Shown one piece after another: positions 39,294 to 49,534 of a DNA stretch of 64,000 nt. Each line of letters starts with the position of its first letter. The stretch's first letter is position 1. The position numbers and the translations under genes were made by a program. This DNA comes from an uncultured Candidatus Rokubacteria bacterium (GTDB lineage Bacteria > Methylomirabilota > Methylomirabilia > Rokubacteriales > DASRDR01), in NCBI GenBank assembly GCA_963805625.1, contig CAWDVE010000013.1, positions 480,001 through 544,000 on the forward strand, given 5' to 3'. A model generated the notes under the pieces. It was not told where the DNA came from and searched no databases. It saw only the letters and a program-made list of their open reading frames with translations.

Positions 39294-39613
39294 GCGGTCC
39301 CCTTCCTGCCCGGTCCGATCGGCCGCTCCACGTGGAGGATCCGGGTTCCGTCCCCGAACAGGCACTCGAGCTTGACGGTACCGACGAGGTCGGCGACACC
39401 TTCCAGCACGTCGTCCTCGGTGAGAACGCTCCGGGCCGCAGTCACCACCTCCTCGTAGGAGGCTCCGCCGCGGGCGGCCTCGTGCATCTCGTCGCAGATG
39501 AGAGCCAGGGCCTCCGGGTATGTGAGCCGCCAGCCCTTGGCCCGCCGGCGGCGCGCGAGCTCCGCGGCGGTGAAGATCGTCAGGCGATCCAGCTCGGTCG
39601 GTGTCAGGCGCAT
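39290..39613 (-). CDS. ureA: urease gamma subunit-like protein
   Basis: MRLTPTELDRL, YPEALALI, FGDGTRI. Confidence 0.9.
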   Translation of the reverse strand: MRLTPTELDRLTIFTAAELARRRRAKGWRLTYPEALALICDEMHEAARGGASYEEVVTAARSVLTEDDVLEGVADLVGTVKLECLFGDGTRILHVERPIGPGRKGTA

Positions 39614-39664
39614 GGGTGCACTCCGTCTTGCCGGTCCTGCGGCTCGGCGGTTACGGGCGCCGGC

Positions 39665-39693
39665 ATGATAGACGACGGGTCCCGGCCAGACAA
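39665..39693 (-). promoter_or_regulatory. sigma70 promoter of ureABC
   Basis: TTGTCT-17-TATCAT. Confidence 0.55.
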
Positions 39694-39699
39694 CCGCGG

Positions 39700-40836
39700 T
39701 CAGACGTCGCGCGCTCCGAGCTTCAAGAGCTCGCCGATGGCGGCCGACGCCTTGAGTCCGGAGCCCGTGAGAACCAGCACCGTCGTCTCCCCCGGCCGGA
39801 TGGTTCCGCTCGCCTGGAGCCGGCTCAGTCCCGCGGCGGCCGCGGCCGCCGTGGGCTCGACGTAGAGCCCCCGGCGCGCCAGGTCACGGAGCGCCTCGAC
39901 GATCTCCGCCTCGTCCACCGCGACCACGGCCCCGCCGCTCTCGCGCACGGCGCGCAGGACCTCGGCCACCCGCGTGGGCTTGGCCGACGCGATCCCCTCC
40001 GCCACCGTCGGAGCGATCGAGGTGGGGACGAGGTGCTCGACGCCCGCGAGGAAGGCTGCGTGGTAGGGCGCGCAGTTCGCTGCCTGGACGCCGAAGAGAC
40101 GCGGAACCGCGCCGATCTCGCCCCGGCGGAGCAGCTCGCCGAAGCCGCGGTCGCACCCCAGCACGTTGCTCCCATAGCCGAGGGGGACGACCACGTTGTC
40201 GGGCGGCCGGAAGCCGAGCTGCTCCCACAGCTCGTAGGCGAGCGTCTTCACGCCCTCCACGAAGAAGGGCTGCCAGTTGTGGCTCGCGTAGAAGATCTCG
40301 GCGCTCTGGCGGAGCGCGGCGTCGGCCACGTCCTGCCTGGAGCCCCTGATGGTGACGACGTCGGCGCCGCACGCGGCGATCTGGGCGATCTTCGGGTAGG
40401 ACGCAGTTTCGGGCACGAGGATGCGGCACGAGAGGCCGCTCCTCGCGGCGTACGCCGAGAGCGAGGCGCCGGCGTTCCCCGACGAGTCCTCCAGCACCCG
40501 CCGGATGCCGCGGCTCTTGAGGTAGCTCACCATCACGGTCATGCCGCGGTCCTTGAACGATCCCGTCGGCATCGTGAACTCGAGCTTGAAGAGGACGGCC
40601 GCGCCGCCCCAGTCGCCCGGCACGAGCGGCGTCCAGCCCTCACCGAGGCTGACGGCATCCTCGGCCTCGACCAGGAGCGCCTTCGCGTACCGCCAGACCG
40701 AGTGGCGCGAGGTCTCGATCTCCTCACGCCCGAGCCCCGGCGCCGGCCCCAGGTTCAGGTAGTGGCCGTTATCCGCGCACCACCGCGCCTCGGTGAGCGG
40801 ATACGTGCGTCCGGTGGAAGGGTCGACGTAGTTCAC
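39700..40836 (-). CDS. threonine synthase-like PLP enzyme (fold type II)
   Basis: LGEGWTPL, PTGSFKDRG, DSSGNAG, VEPT, LTGSGLK; start GTG at VNYVDP. Confidence 0.88.
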   Translation of the reverse strand: MNYVDPSTGRTYPLTEARWCADNGHYLNLGPAPGLGREEIETSRHSVWRYAKALLVEAEDAVSLGEGWTPLVPGDWGGAAVLFKLEFTMPTGSFKDRGMTVMVSYLKSRGIRRVLEDSSGNAGASLSAYAARSGLSCRILVPETASYPKIAQIAACGADVVTIRGSRQDVADAALRQSAEIFYASHNWQPFFVEGVKTLAYELWEQLGFRPPDNVVVPLGYGSNVLGCDRGFGELLRRGEIGAVPRLFGVQAANCAPYHAAFLAGVEHLVPTSIAPTVAEGIASAKPTRVAEVLRAVRESGGAVVAVDEAEIVEALRDLARRGLYVEPTAAAAAAGLSRLQASGTIRPGETTVLVLTGSGLKASAAIGELLKLGARDV

Positions 40837-40874
40837 GGTGTCGGAGCGACGGGGAGTCCCCGGATCAGCCCACC

Positions 40875-43169
40875 TCAGCCGGCATCTCGCCCCGCACCAC
40901 CGTCGAGCGCCTCGACGACGTCCTGAGCGGTGATCGGGAGCGACGTGAACCGATGCCCCGTGGCAGCGGCGACGGCGTTCGCGATCGCGGCCGGCACCCC
41001 GATCACCGGAGGCTCCCCGACCCCCTTGGCGCCGAACGGTCCGTGCTCGGACGCGACCTCCAGGAGCACGGACTCGACGAGCGGCACCTGGTCGCTCTGC
41101 GGCAGCGCGTAGTCCATGAGCGTGGCGGCCAGCAGCTGGCCCTGGGCATCGTAGGGCATCCGCTCGAGCAGCGCCCAGCCGATCCCCTGCACCACCCCGC
41201 CCTGGATCTGACCCTCGACCGCGGCGGGATTGATGGCCCGGCCGACGTCCTGCACGGTGAGGTGACGCGTCACCCGGACGGCCCCGGTCTCCGTATCCAC
41301 CTCGACCTCGCTCAGGTGGGCGGCGAAGGCGGGCGAGCGCGCGACTGTCGCGCTCCCGCCCCGGCCGTACACGGGCTCGTACTTGGCGCCGAACTGCATG
41401 CTCGCCTTCGCGAGCTCGCCGAGCGGAACGGCACGGCCCGGCACCCCGCGCACCCGGACCGCGCGGTCGACGATCTCGAGATCCTCGACCGCCGCCTCCA
41501 GCCGGTCGGCGGCGATGGCCAGGAGCTGGCGCCGGGCGTCTCGGGCGGCACGCTCGACGGCCAGGCCCACGGTGTAGGTGATTTTGCTGCCGCCGCTCGC
41601 GCCGGCGTAGGGCGCGGAATCGGTGTCGCCGTTGACCACCTGGATGTCCTCGACAGGCAGACCGAAGGCCTCGGCCGCGATCTGTGCCAATGCCGTGTTG
41701 GTCCCGCTCATGTCGACGGTCCCCACGAGGATGCTGAGCGTGCCGTCCCGATCCAGCCGACAGGCCGCGTTGGCAGGCTCGATCCCGCCCATCCACCCGC
41801 CGATTGCCACCGCCGCCCCTCGCCGGTAGCGGCCGTTGGCGGGACTGGCGGGCGCGGCCTGCCGCCCGCGGTCGACCCGGAGCCGCTCGAGGCACTCGAC
41901 GAGGCCCATCTTGGGCCATGGCTGTCCGTTCACCATGGGGTCGCCCGGGCGAGAGGCGTTCCGGAGCCGCAGGTCGATGGGGTCGAGACCCGTCGCCCGC
42001 GCCAGCTCGTCCATGACGGACTCGATCGCGAACGTCCCCTGCACCGCGCCGGGCGCGCGGTAGGCGCCGTTGCCCGGCTTGTGGGTGAGCACCTCGTAGC
42101 CGCGCAGCTCGAGATTCGGCACCTGATAGTAGCTGCCCATCAGCAGGAGCGCGATCCCGAGCGGCGCACCCGCGTAGGCGCCGGCATCGAACACGGCCCG
42201 GCCCTCGAGGGCCGTGAGCGTCCCGTCGCGCCGCGCCCCCACCTTCAGCTCGATCACGGCGGGCGGCGCCGGCGTCGTCGCGAGGAACTCCTCCGTCCGC
42301 GTCATGACGATGGAGACCGGCCGGCGGAGCCGGAGCGCGAGGGCCCCGGCCAGGGGCTCCAGGAGCACGAACTTCGCCCCGAAGCCGCCGCCCAGCGGCG
42401 TCGCCACGATCCGCACCCGGTGCTCCGGCAGCCCGAGCACCTCGCACACCTCCGACCGCGTGAAGAAGAGCGCCTGCGTCGCGGTCCAGATGGTGAGCGC
42501 GCCGAGCGGATCGACGTCGGCCACCACGGCCCGCGGCTCGAGGTAGCCCTGGTGGACCATGGGGGTCTCGAAGCGGCGCTCGACCACCACGTCGGCCTCG
42601 GCGAAGCCGCGGGCGAGGTCTCCTCGGTGGAACCGCTGCGTGCTCACCACGTTGGGGCCGACCGCCTCCCGGAGCTGCTCCCCGCCGGTCGCCGCCCCGT
42701 GCATCGCGAGCTCCGCCTCGCCTCCGGCGCCGGCCGCGGCCCGCACGCGCGGGGCGTCCAGTCGCATGGCGCCCCGCGCGTCGAGCGCCGCCGGGAGAGG
42801 CTCGTACTCGACCTCGACGAGCGCGGCTGCGTCCTCGGCGATCGCCGCCGTCTCGGCGACGACGGCGGCCACCGGATGCCCCACGAACAGTGCGTGGCCG
42901 AGCGCGAGGGGCGACTTACTCCGCGCGGTGGGATCGACGTTGGCGAGGCCGAGATCGGCGGCAGCGAAGACGCCCAGGACCCCGGGCCGGGCCGCGGCCT
43001 CGCTCCCGTCCACCCGCGCGATCCGCGCGTGGGCGTGGGGGCTCAGGACGAGGCGGGCGTGAAGCATGCGAGGCAGCTGGAGATCGCCCGCGAAGCGGGT
43101 GAGGCCGGTCACCTTCTCTCCGCCGTCGAGGCGGCGAACGGACCGGCCAATGGACGAACCCTGGGTCAT
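40875..43169 (-). CDS. xanthine dehydrogenase-family molybdopterin-binding large subunit
   Basis: KVTG, GGGFGAK, AYRAPG, GQIQGG, AKGVGE. Confidence 0.92.
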   Translation of the reverse strand: MTQGSSIGRSVRRLDGGEKVTGLTRFAGDLQLPRMLHARLVLSPHAHARIARVDGSEAAARPGVLGVFAAADLGLANVDPTARSKSPLALGHALFVGHPVAAVVAETAAIAEDAAALVEVEYEPLPAALDARGAMRLDAPRVRAAAGAGGEAELAMHGAATGGEQLREAVGPNVVSTQRFHRGDLARGFAEADVVVERRFETPMVHQGYLEPRAVVADVDPLGALTIWTATQALFFTRSEVCEVLGLPEHRVRIVATPLGGGFGAKFVLLEPLAGALALRLRRPVSIVMTRTEEFLATTPAPPAVIELKVGARRDGTLTALEGRAVFDAGAYAGAPLGIALLLMGSYYQVPNLELRGYEVLTHKPGNGAYRAPGAVQGTFAIESVMDELARATGLDPIDLRLRNASRPGDPMVNGQPWPKMGLVECLERLRVDRGRQAAPASPANGRYRRGAAVAIGGWMGGIEPANAACRLDRDGTLSILVGTVDMSGTNTALAQIAAEAFGLPVEDIQVVNGDTDSAPYAGASGGSKITYTVGLAVERAARDARRQLLAIAADRLEAAVEDLEIVDRAVRVRGVPGRAVPLGELAKASMQFGAKYEPVYGRGGSATVARSPAFAAHLSEVEVDTETGAVRVTRHLTVQDVGRAINPAAVEGQIQGGVVQGIGWALLERMPYDAQGQLLAATLMDYALPQSDQVPLVESVLLEVASEHGPFGAKGVGEPPVIGVPAAIANAVAAATGHRFTSLPITAQDVVEALDGGAGRDAG

Positions 43170-43262
43170 GTCGGGGCTCCCTTGAGCGAGTGGGGTCGGC
43201 GACACCTCCTCGATCTTACTGCGAGGGATGCGTCAGGGCGAGTGGATGCGCCTCACTCGACC

Positions 43263-43694
43263 TCAGGGCGCGAGCAAGGCGTCGACCGACCACAGGCCGG
43301 CCCCACCCAGGATCAGCGCGAGCGCGACGCCGAGGACCAGGAGGTGGAACTCGAAGCCTTCCCCCTTCTGGCTGCCGTACCAGTTCATGAAGAATCCGTG
43401 CGGCGTGTGGGTCGTCAGCACCGCGACCACCATCACGCACGCGATCCCGAACGCCGCCACCCGGGTGAGCAGGCCGATGGCGAGGCCGATCGGCCCGAGG
43501 AACTCGGCCACGATGGCCAGGAATCCGAGCGGCGCCGGGAATTTCTGGTTGAAGTACCCCATCGTGCCCTTGAAGCCGTAGCCCCCGAACCACCCGAGCG
43601 CCTTCTGGGCGCCGTGCGGGAACATAACGATGGCGAGGGTCCATCGGAGGATGAGCTGGATCACGCTGGCGTCGGTCGAGAGCAGCCATCTCAT
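43263..43694 (-). CDS. DoxX family membrane protein
   Basis: HGAQK, AEFLG, GFEFHLL, GAGLWSVD. Confidence 0.92.
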   Translation of the reverse strand: MRWLLSTDASVIQLILRWTLAIVMFPHGAQKALGWFGGYGFKGTMGYFNQKFPAPLGFLAIVAEFLGPIGLAIGLLTRVAAFGIACVMVVAVLTTHTPHGFFMNWYGSQKGEGFEFHLLVLGVALALILGGAGLWSVDALLAP

Positions 43695-43769
43695 TGGCGG
43701 ACCTCCTACTGGGAAGTGGTGGTCCCGAGTCAGGATGCCCGTTGGGGCCAGCATCCTGGACGCTCTCGG

Positions 43770-44750
43770 TCACGGATAGAAGGTGCGGCGCCCTTCCTCT
43801 CGCGTCCAGACCCGGAGCAGGTGACGCTTCCGGCTCGGCTCCGGCGCGTCCCGGAAGTCGGTGCGGCTGTGGGCGAACTCACGGTTGTTGAGGTACTGGA
43901 TCTGGCCGCGGTCGATCGTGAACTCCACCCAGAGGTCGGGCGAGTCCACGACGAGGCGCATGGCCTCGAGCGCGTCCTTCCCCTCCCGGTCGAGCGGCGT
44001 GCCGGCCAGCTCGGCCCCCGCCTCGATCAGCCGCTCGTTGAAGCGCCCCACGAACGAGCGGCCGTCGTACTGGAAGATCGGCTGCGCGCCCACCTTCGAA
44101 TCATCGGGCGCATGCTCGGCCTGGCGGTCCCACGGGAACGGCTGGTAGAGGCGCGGGAGGAGGTCCGGGTGGCGCCGCCGGAGCTCGTTGTGCACAGTGC
44201 ACAGGCTGACGAAGCGGCTCACTCCGCCCTCCTGCGCCGGGTTGATGCAATAGAGCCCGACCAGGTGGGGCGGCAGATCGAGCCACGGGCCGTCGGTGTG
44301 AAACGTCAGGTCGAGGTTGGTGATCGACCGCCGCACTCCGTACTCGAGCGGCTTCCCCGTGTCCCGGACGTCGTACAGCATGGCGCCGTTCCACGCCTGC
44401 GCAACCGGGCGCTGGAGGAGCTGACTCAGGAGCCAGCACAGCACTCGGTTCTCCTCCGGCTCGTATCGCTCCACGGGCAGCCGATCCACCACGGCCAGCC
44501 CGATGCCGGTGGAGAGCCGGGCGCGGACGTCGTCCATCAGCGCGCCACACGCGGGGAGCGCGAACTGGTCGGGGCTCAAGAGGAGCATCGGCAATGGGTT
44601 CCGGCGAACCTGCCGGACGACCTGATCTAGCTCGTCGACGCACCGGGGCGACAGCGGCACCAGCCAGTCGCGCGGGGACAGCGTCTCCCGACGCCATGTC
44701 CGCCTGTCCCGAACGTCGTGGGTCAGCATGAGTGGCGCGAGACCGGGCAT
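43770..44750 (-). CDS. TauD/TfdA-family Fe(II)/2-oxoglutarate dioxygenase
   Basis: FHTD...HSR facial triad; RHLLRVW; start uncertain. Confidence 0.88.
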   Translation of the reverse strand: MPGLAPLMLTHDVRDRRTWRRETLSPRDWLVPLSPRCVDELDQVVRQVRRNPLPMLLLSPDQFALPACGALMDDVRARLSTGIGLAVVDRLPVERYEPEENRVLCWLLSQLLQRPVAQAWNGAMLYDVRDTGKPLEYGVRRSITNLDLTFHTDGPWLDLPPHLVGLYCINPAQEGGVSRFVSLCTVHNELRRRHPDLLPRLYQPFPWDRQAEHAPDDSKVGAQPIFQYDGRSFVGRFNERLIEAGAELAGTPLDREGKDALEAMRLVVDSPDLWVEFTIDRGQIQYLNNREFAHSRTDFRDAPEPSRKRHLLRVWTREEGRRTFYP

Positions 44751-44876
44751 CGTCAGGAAGCCTCCGGCGCCACTATAGCTCTGTCGCGTCCGGCCGGCAT
44801 CCCGCCCCAGCCCGGCGGTAGAGCCCGTCACCTGCGGGCGCGGACCCCGCGCCCCGCACCCCTCGGCGCGCTCCCG

Positions 44877-45542
44877 CTACCCCTTCAGCAGGGACTTCAG
44901 CAGCGTGCTCACGCCGTTCCAGATGATCTGGACGCCGATGCACAGCGCGATGAAGGCCGAGAGGCGAAGGAGGACGCTGGTCCCCGTCGGTCCGAGCACC
45001 CGCGCGATGCCCTCGGCGAAGCGGTAGCAGAGGAAGATGAAGAGCGCGATGAGGGCCACGCCGATGACCATCGCCACGATCATCGCCACGATGTTGATGC
45101 CGGTCTGCGACGTGTTGGCGCCGAGGGTGATGGCCACCGACATCGAGCCCGGTCCCACTGTGAGCGGCAAGGTGAGCGGGTAGAAGGCCCGCCTCGCCAG
45201 CTCCTCGGGTCTCCACGTCGTGGCGGCGGGCGCCGCCACCTCCTCTTCACCCTGATGGAGGAACCTCCAGCCGAAGGACATGATCAGAAGGCCGCCTCCG
45301 ACCTGCACGATGGGAAGCGACAGCCCGAAGAAGTCGAGGATGTACGACCCGATGAACATCGACACCACCAGGATGAAGAAGACGTTCACGGCGATCCGCC
45401 AGGCCAACGCCTTCCGCATGGCCGTCGAACAGCTGGCCGTGCTCGCCAGGAAGATCGGCACGCTCGCCGGGGGATTGGTGATGGACGCGAGCGCGGCGAA
45501 CACGAGCGCGACGACCTTCAGCGCCAGGACGAGCTGGGTCAC
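44877..45542 (-). CDS. MarC family membrane protein
   Basis: NPPASVPIF, YPLTLPLTVGPG, CIGVQII. Confidence 0.9.
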   Translation of the reverse strand: MTQLVLALKVVALVFAALASITNPPASVPIFLASTASCSTAMRKALAWRIAVNVFFILVVSMFIGSYILDFFGLSLPIVQVGGGLLIMSFGWRFLHQGEEEVAAPAATTWRPEELARRAFYPLTLPLTVGPGSMSVAITLGANTSQTGINIVAMIVAMVIGVALIALFIFLCYRFAEGIARVLGPTGTSVLLRLSAFIALCIGVQIIWNGVSTLLKSLLKG

Positions 45543-46161
45543 AGGCCGAGCACCGCGCGCCGGCGTCCGGGCCCATCGAGGACTTGGTCCAGCACCCAGT
45601 TGTTGAGTCGGTGCACCGCCGGCTCGCGGAGCGCGAACGGGCCGGGCCGCCTCAGGACGGAGGTGAGGCCGGCCTGCTGCGCCTCGCAGATGTCGTTGTC
45701 CTCGGCGATGCCCGTCTCCCATCGATGCATGTACTTCTTCACTCCGGCCTCGAAGTCCGCCCGCGCCACCGTGGTCCGCGGGAAGCAGAAGCCGACGCCG
45801 AGCCGGGAGCGCGCGGGCCCGAGCGGGACGACCCGGAGCCACCACATGCAGTCCTGCGTGCAGGCGAACTGGGTGGCGGGGTGGAGCATCGTGAAGTACG
45901 TCCCCCGGGCGGCTCGCCCGGAGAGACCGGGCACCGGCGGGAACGGCGCCGTCTCGCCGGGCAGGACGGCGATGCTCGTCTCCTGCGGGATGTGGATGGC
46001 GTCCCAGTGCCCGCGGGTGTCCTCCTGCACCGCGTACTGCTGCCCGAGGCTCGCGTGATGGACCGTCCCGGTCTGGGCGTGTAGCACCACGCGGGGAGCG
46101 TCTCGGCCTCGCCGACCGGCCGGCGGACGCCGCGGTACTGCGCGGGATCGAAGAGATCCAT
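45539..46161 (-). pseudogene. Rieske oxygenase alpha subunit lacking the whole Rieske domain
   Basis: N-terminal AETLPAWCYT jumps out of frame to TGTVH...EDNDICEAQQAGL; no CxH/CxxH. Confidence 0.75.
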
Positions 46162-46235
46162 GGAGACCGTCCTATCGCGTCACGGACGTCGCGTCCACCC
46201 GGGGCAAGGGCACGGCGCGGCCAAGGCGGTCATCG

Positions 46236-47441
46236 TCATCGGGTCGCCCGGAGCGACCCCAGCGCTCCGGCCAGGCGCTCGTAGTCCGCGGCCACGTTGT
46301 AGAGTTGGGCGGAGACGCGGAGGATGCGGCACGCGAGCGCCGGCCAGGTGAAGACCGGGAGCTCGAGTCCGAAGCGATCGAAGAGGGCGGTCTGGAGCGG
46401 GTCGCGCTCGCCGTCCACCGGGGCCGGGCCAAAGCCCGGCGGCACGGGCAGCGCGACGAGGGATCCGATCATCGAGTCCGGCGCCGGAGGCGGCACGCCC
46501 AGTGCGGCGGACAGGCGGTCGCGGGCCGCGAGGGCAGTGCTCCGGTTGTGCGCCATGAGCGCTGGCCAGCCACCGGGGAGGAGCGACCCCATGTAGCGGA
46601 TGGCCTCCGGGACGGTGAGGTAGGCCGTGGGGTCAGCCGTGCCCGTCCAGTCGAACTCGAGCCGGAACGTCGAGCGGTCCGTTCGCGGCGAGTTGGCGCC
46701 GTGGCTGATCACCAGCGGGCGCACCCCCTTCTGGCGGTCACGCCTCACGTGCAGGAACCCCGAGCCCTTCGGCGCACAGATCCACTTGTGACAGTTCCCC
46801 GTGTAGTAGGCGGCACCGAGCGCTCGAAGGTCGAGGGGGACCATCCCGGGTGCGTGCGCGCCGTCGACCAACGTGTCGACCCCGCGCGATTCGAGCCCGC
46901 GGACGAGTCGCTCGATCGGAAGGATCAGGCCCGTCGGGCTCGTCACGTGGTCGACGAGCGCCAGCCGTGTCCGCGGGCTCACCCGCGACAGCACCGCTTC
47001 GAGCGCCCGCTCCGGGGTGGCGGCGGGGAACGGCAGGGTGGCCACGACGACGCGCGCGCCCGCGCGAGCCGCGACGGCCTCCAGCGCGTTCCGGCAGGCG
47101 TTGTAGGTGTGGTCCGTGGCGAGGAGCTCGTCGCCCGCTCCGAGATCCAGCCACCGGAGCACCGTGTTGGCGCCCGTCGTGGCGTTCGGGACGAAGACGA
47201 GGTCGTCCGGATCGGCGCCCACGAACGCGCCGAGCGCGTCTCGCGCCTGGTCGAGCAGCCCCTCCAGCTCCCGGCTCAGGAACCGCACCGGCTCCGCCTC
47301 CAGGCGGTCGCGGAGACGCCCTTGCGCGTCCAGCACCGCGCGGGGGCAGGCCCCGAACGAGCCGTGGTTCAGAAAGGTGACGTCGGGGTCGAGCGGCCAG
47401 AGTCGGCGCCAGCCGTCGGAGGAGGGTCCTGGAAGGGTCAC
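46236..47441 (-). CDS. class V PLP aminotransferase (isopenicillin N epimerase/C-S lyase-like)
   Basis: FLNHGSFGA, DHVTSPTG, DGAHAPG, NCHKW. Confidence 0.9.
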   Translation of the reverse strand: MTLPGPSSDGWRRLWPLDPDVTFLNHGSFGACPRAVLDAQGRLRDRLEAEPVRFLSRELEGLLDQARDALGAFVGADPDDLVFVPNATTGANTVLRWLDLGAGDELLATDHTYNACRNALEAVAARAGARVVVATLPFPAATPERALEAVLSRVSPRTRLALVDHVTSPTGLILPIERLVRGLESRGVDTLVDGAHAPGMVPLDLRALGAAYYTGNCHKWICAPKGSGFLHVRRDRQKGVRPLVISHGANSPRTDRSTFRLEFDWTGTADPTAYLTVPEAIRYMGSLLPGGWPALMAHNRSTALAARDRLSAALGVPPPAPDSMIGSLVALPVPPGFGPAPVDGERDPLQTALFDRFGLELPVFTWPALACRILRVSAQLYNVAADYERLAGALGSLRATR

Positions 47442-47607
47442 GACCCGCCATCCTCGGCCACCTGACGCGCCTCGTCAACGGCCACCTCCCGCCGGACGAG
47501 AGCCCCGCCCAGCCGGGTGGAACCTCCGGTCACGCCTCGGCGTTCCCCGGATGGGCGGCGGGGACCGACCGCGCTACTTCGGCACGCCCCGGCGGTACGG
47601 GCTCTGA

Positions 47608-48055
47608 AATATAATAAAATTAATAAATATATGTTATATGGAATGTGCGCTGTGTGTGTGCGACGCGTGGGGATGAGGACGTGAGAGATGAGTATGAACG
47701 CAGTGCACAGAGTACGTGACGAGAGTGCGGCGGCGATGAAGCGCGAAGGCGATCGACGAAGCGCCGCACCGGAGCGTATGGAAGAGGGTCGTGCACGAGC
47801 AGGCGCTAAGGACGACGGCGGAAGACGTGAGCGACCTACTGGCTATCATGCTCGGCTCATCGTGATCGCGATATGATGGCTTTGACGCGTTCACGCTGAT
47901 GGCTGATGTTTGGTATGATTTAAGAGAACTGTCAGAACAAGATTTGATGATGGTGCAGGAAGTACGGTGATAAAAATTTATGTTTGTGTTATTAATATAG
48001 TTAATGTTAAGTATGGTTGGTTGTGTAATTGTGTGGGTTTGGTATGTTGGTGTAT
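47608..48055. other. low-quality or garbled sequence, probable assembly artefact
   Basis: Abrupt AT/GT-rich low-complexity tracts enclosing indel-ridden traces of a DctM-like N-terminus. Confidence 0.7.
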
Positions 48056-49156
48056 GGCCGCCGCGGTGGCGAGCGTGCCCGGTGGCACCGCGGACCACGC
48101 ACCAGACCTCGGGACGGCGACCGCGCGCGCGCGGCGGTGAGGAGAAGCCCCAGGAGCTCGGGCCGCGGAACCGAGGTGGCGGAGATCGAGCCGCCGGCCT
48201 ACGATGCGCCGCCGAGGAGATGACGTCCGCGCGGGCCAGACCGCGGCTCGACGGCGAGCAAGGTTCCCGCGCATTTTACAGTGGTTCTGGCTGACCCTCT
48301 CCGCGCTCTGCTCCTAGTCTACTTCTGGCGCATGGACGGCGAGCAGCTCGAGATCCTCAAGGAGCTGATCGCGTCGGTCGTGCCGCTCGGAGTGCTCACC
48401 GCCGTCGTGCTCGCCGTGATCCTGTTCGGATCTGCACCGCCACGGAGTCGGCGGCGATCGGCGCGCTCGGCGCCTCTACTGGCCGTGATGTCGAAGTTCG
48501 CGCGCGAGGCACTGTGGTGGAGCCTGGTCGGGGCCATTCTCGGCTTCGGTCTCGGATGGTACGAGGGTAGAGCTTCGCGTCGCTGCTCGTGGCGGCTCGA
48601 TCAGCGGAGCTTCCTGGACCGTGGTGCCGACCTTCGACCGTGGCACGTGAGAGCTCGCCCAAGCAGTCGACGTTCCTCACCGCGAAGACGACCGCCATGG
48701 TGTGCTGGCTGTTCGTCGGCTCGGCGCTGTTCTCGGCCGTCTTCGCGCTGCACGGCGGTCAGGGGCTGATCGAGCGGTGGGTACTGAGCATGAACCTGTC
48801 GCCGCTCGGCTTCAGATCACGGCGCAGCTGATATCTTCCTGCTCGGCTGGCCGCTCGAGTGGACCGAGATCATCGTGATCTTCTGCCCGATCTTCATTCC
48901 GCTGCTGAGCCACTTCCACATCGATCCCATCCTGTTCGGCACATGGTCGCGGTGAACCTCCAGGCCGCGTTCCTCTCGCCGCCGGTGGCGATGTCCGCCT
49001 TCTACCTCAAGGGCGTCGCGCCAAAGCACGTGACGCTGAACCAGATCTTCGCCGGGCATGATGCCGTACATGATCATCGTGTGCATCTGCCTGGTCTTCA
49101 TGTACATCTGGCCGGGCATGACGCTCTGGCTGCCCGAGTTCCTGTACGGGAACTGA
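47830..49156 (+). pseudogene. TRAP transporter large permease (DctM) with many frameshifts
   Basis: Fragments LLVYFW..EQLEILK, STFLTAKTTAMVCWLFVGS, LGWPLEWTEIIVIF, VAVNLQAAFLSPPVAMSAFYLKG, WPGMTLWLPEFLYG. Confidence 0.75.
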
Positions 49157-49237
49157 GATGCCGGAGCGGGCCCCTCTTCGCCTATCCTCGCGAGCACTCC
49201 AGCCGGCCGGGCTAGTTCTTGGAGGACCAGCTAGGAC

Positions 49238-49505
49238 ATGGACCTGACGAACCTCCACGCGCTCTCCGCATCGGACGGGGCTCGGCTGATCCGGGAGGGG
49301 GCGATCAGCTCGGCGCAGCTGGTGGAGGCGTGCCTGGCGCGGGTGCGCGAAGTCGAGCCGGAGGTCCAGGCGTGGGTGTTCCTCGATCCGGGCCACGCGC
49401 TCGAGCAGGCGCAGGCGGCCGACCGCTGGCGGCGCGAGGGCATACCGGTCCTCACGGTCGTCGGCGTGAAGGACATCATCGACACCGCGACATGCCGACG
49501 AGAAC
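49238..49505 (+). pseudogene. amidase-signature (GatA-like) N-terminal fragment
   Basis: ISSAQLVEACLARV..VQAW...VGVKDIIDTA. Confidence 0.75.
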
Positions 49506-49534
49506 GGCTCGGCGCTGCACGCCGGGCGCACGCC

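Noticed and set aside
39700-42447. 915-aa ORF as an Xdh-ThrC fusion
   Set aside because: The N-terminal part is an off-frame overlap of the Mo-subunit gene; the ThrC-like protein starts near 40836
40875-43169. Aerobic CO dehydrogenase CoxL
   Set aside because: Loop is AYRAPG, not AYxCSFR (form I) or AYRGAGR (form II); no coxMS
47608-48055. AT-rich origin or horizontally acquired island
   Set aside because: Looks like garbled basecalls containing DctM-like traces; no iterons, DnaA boxes or credible ORF
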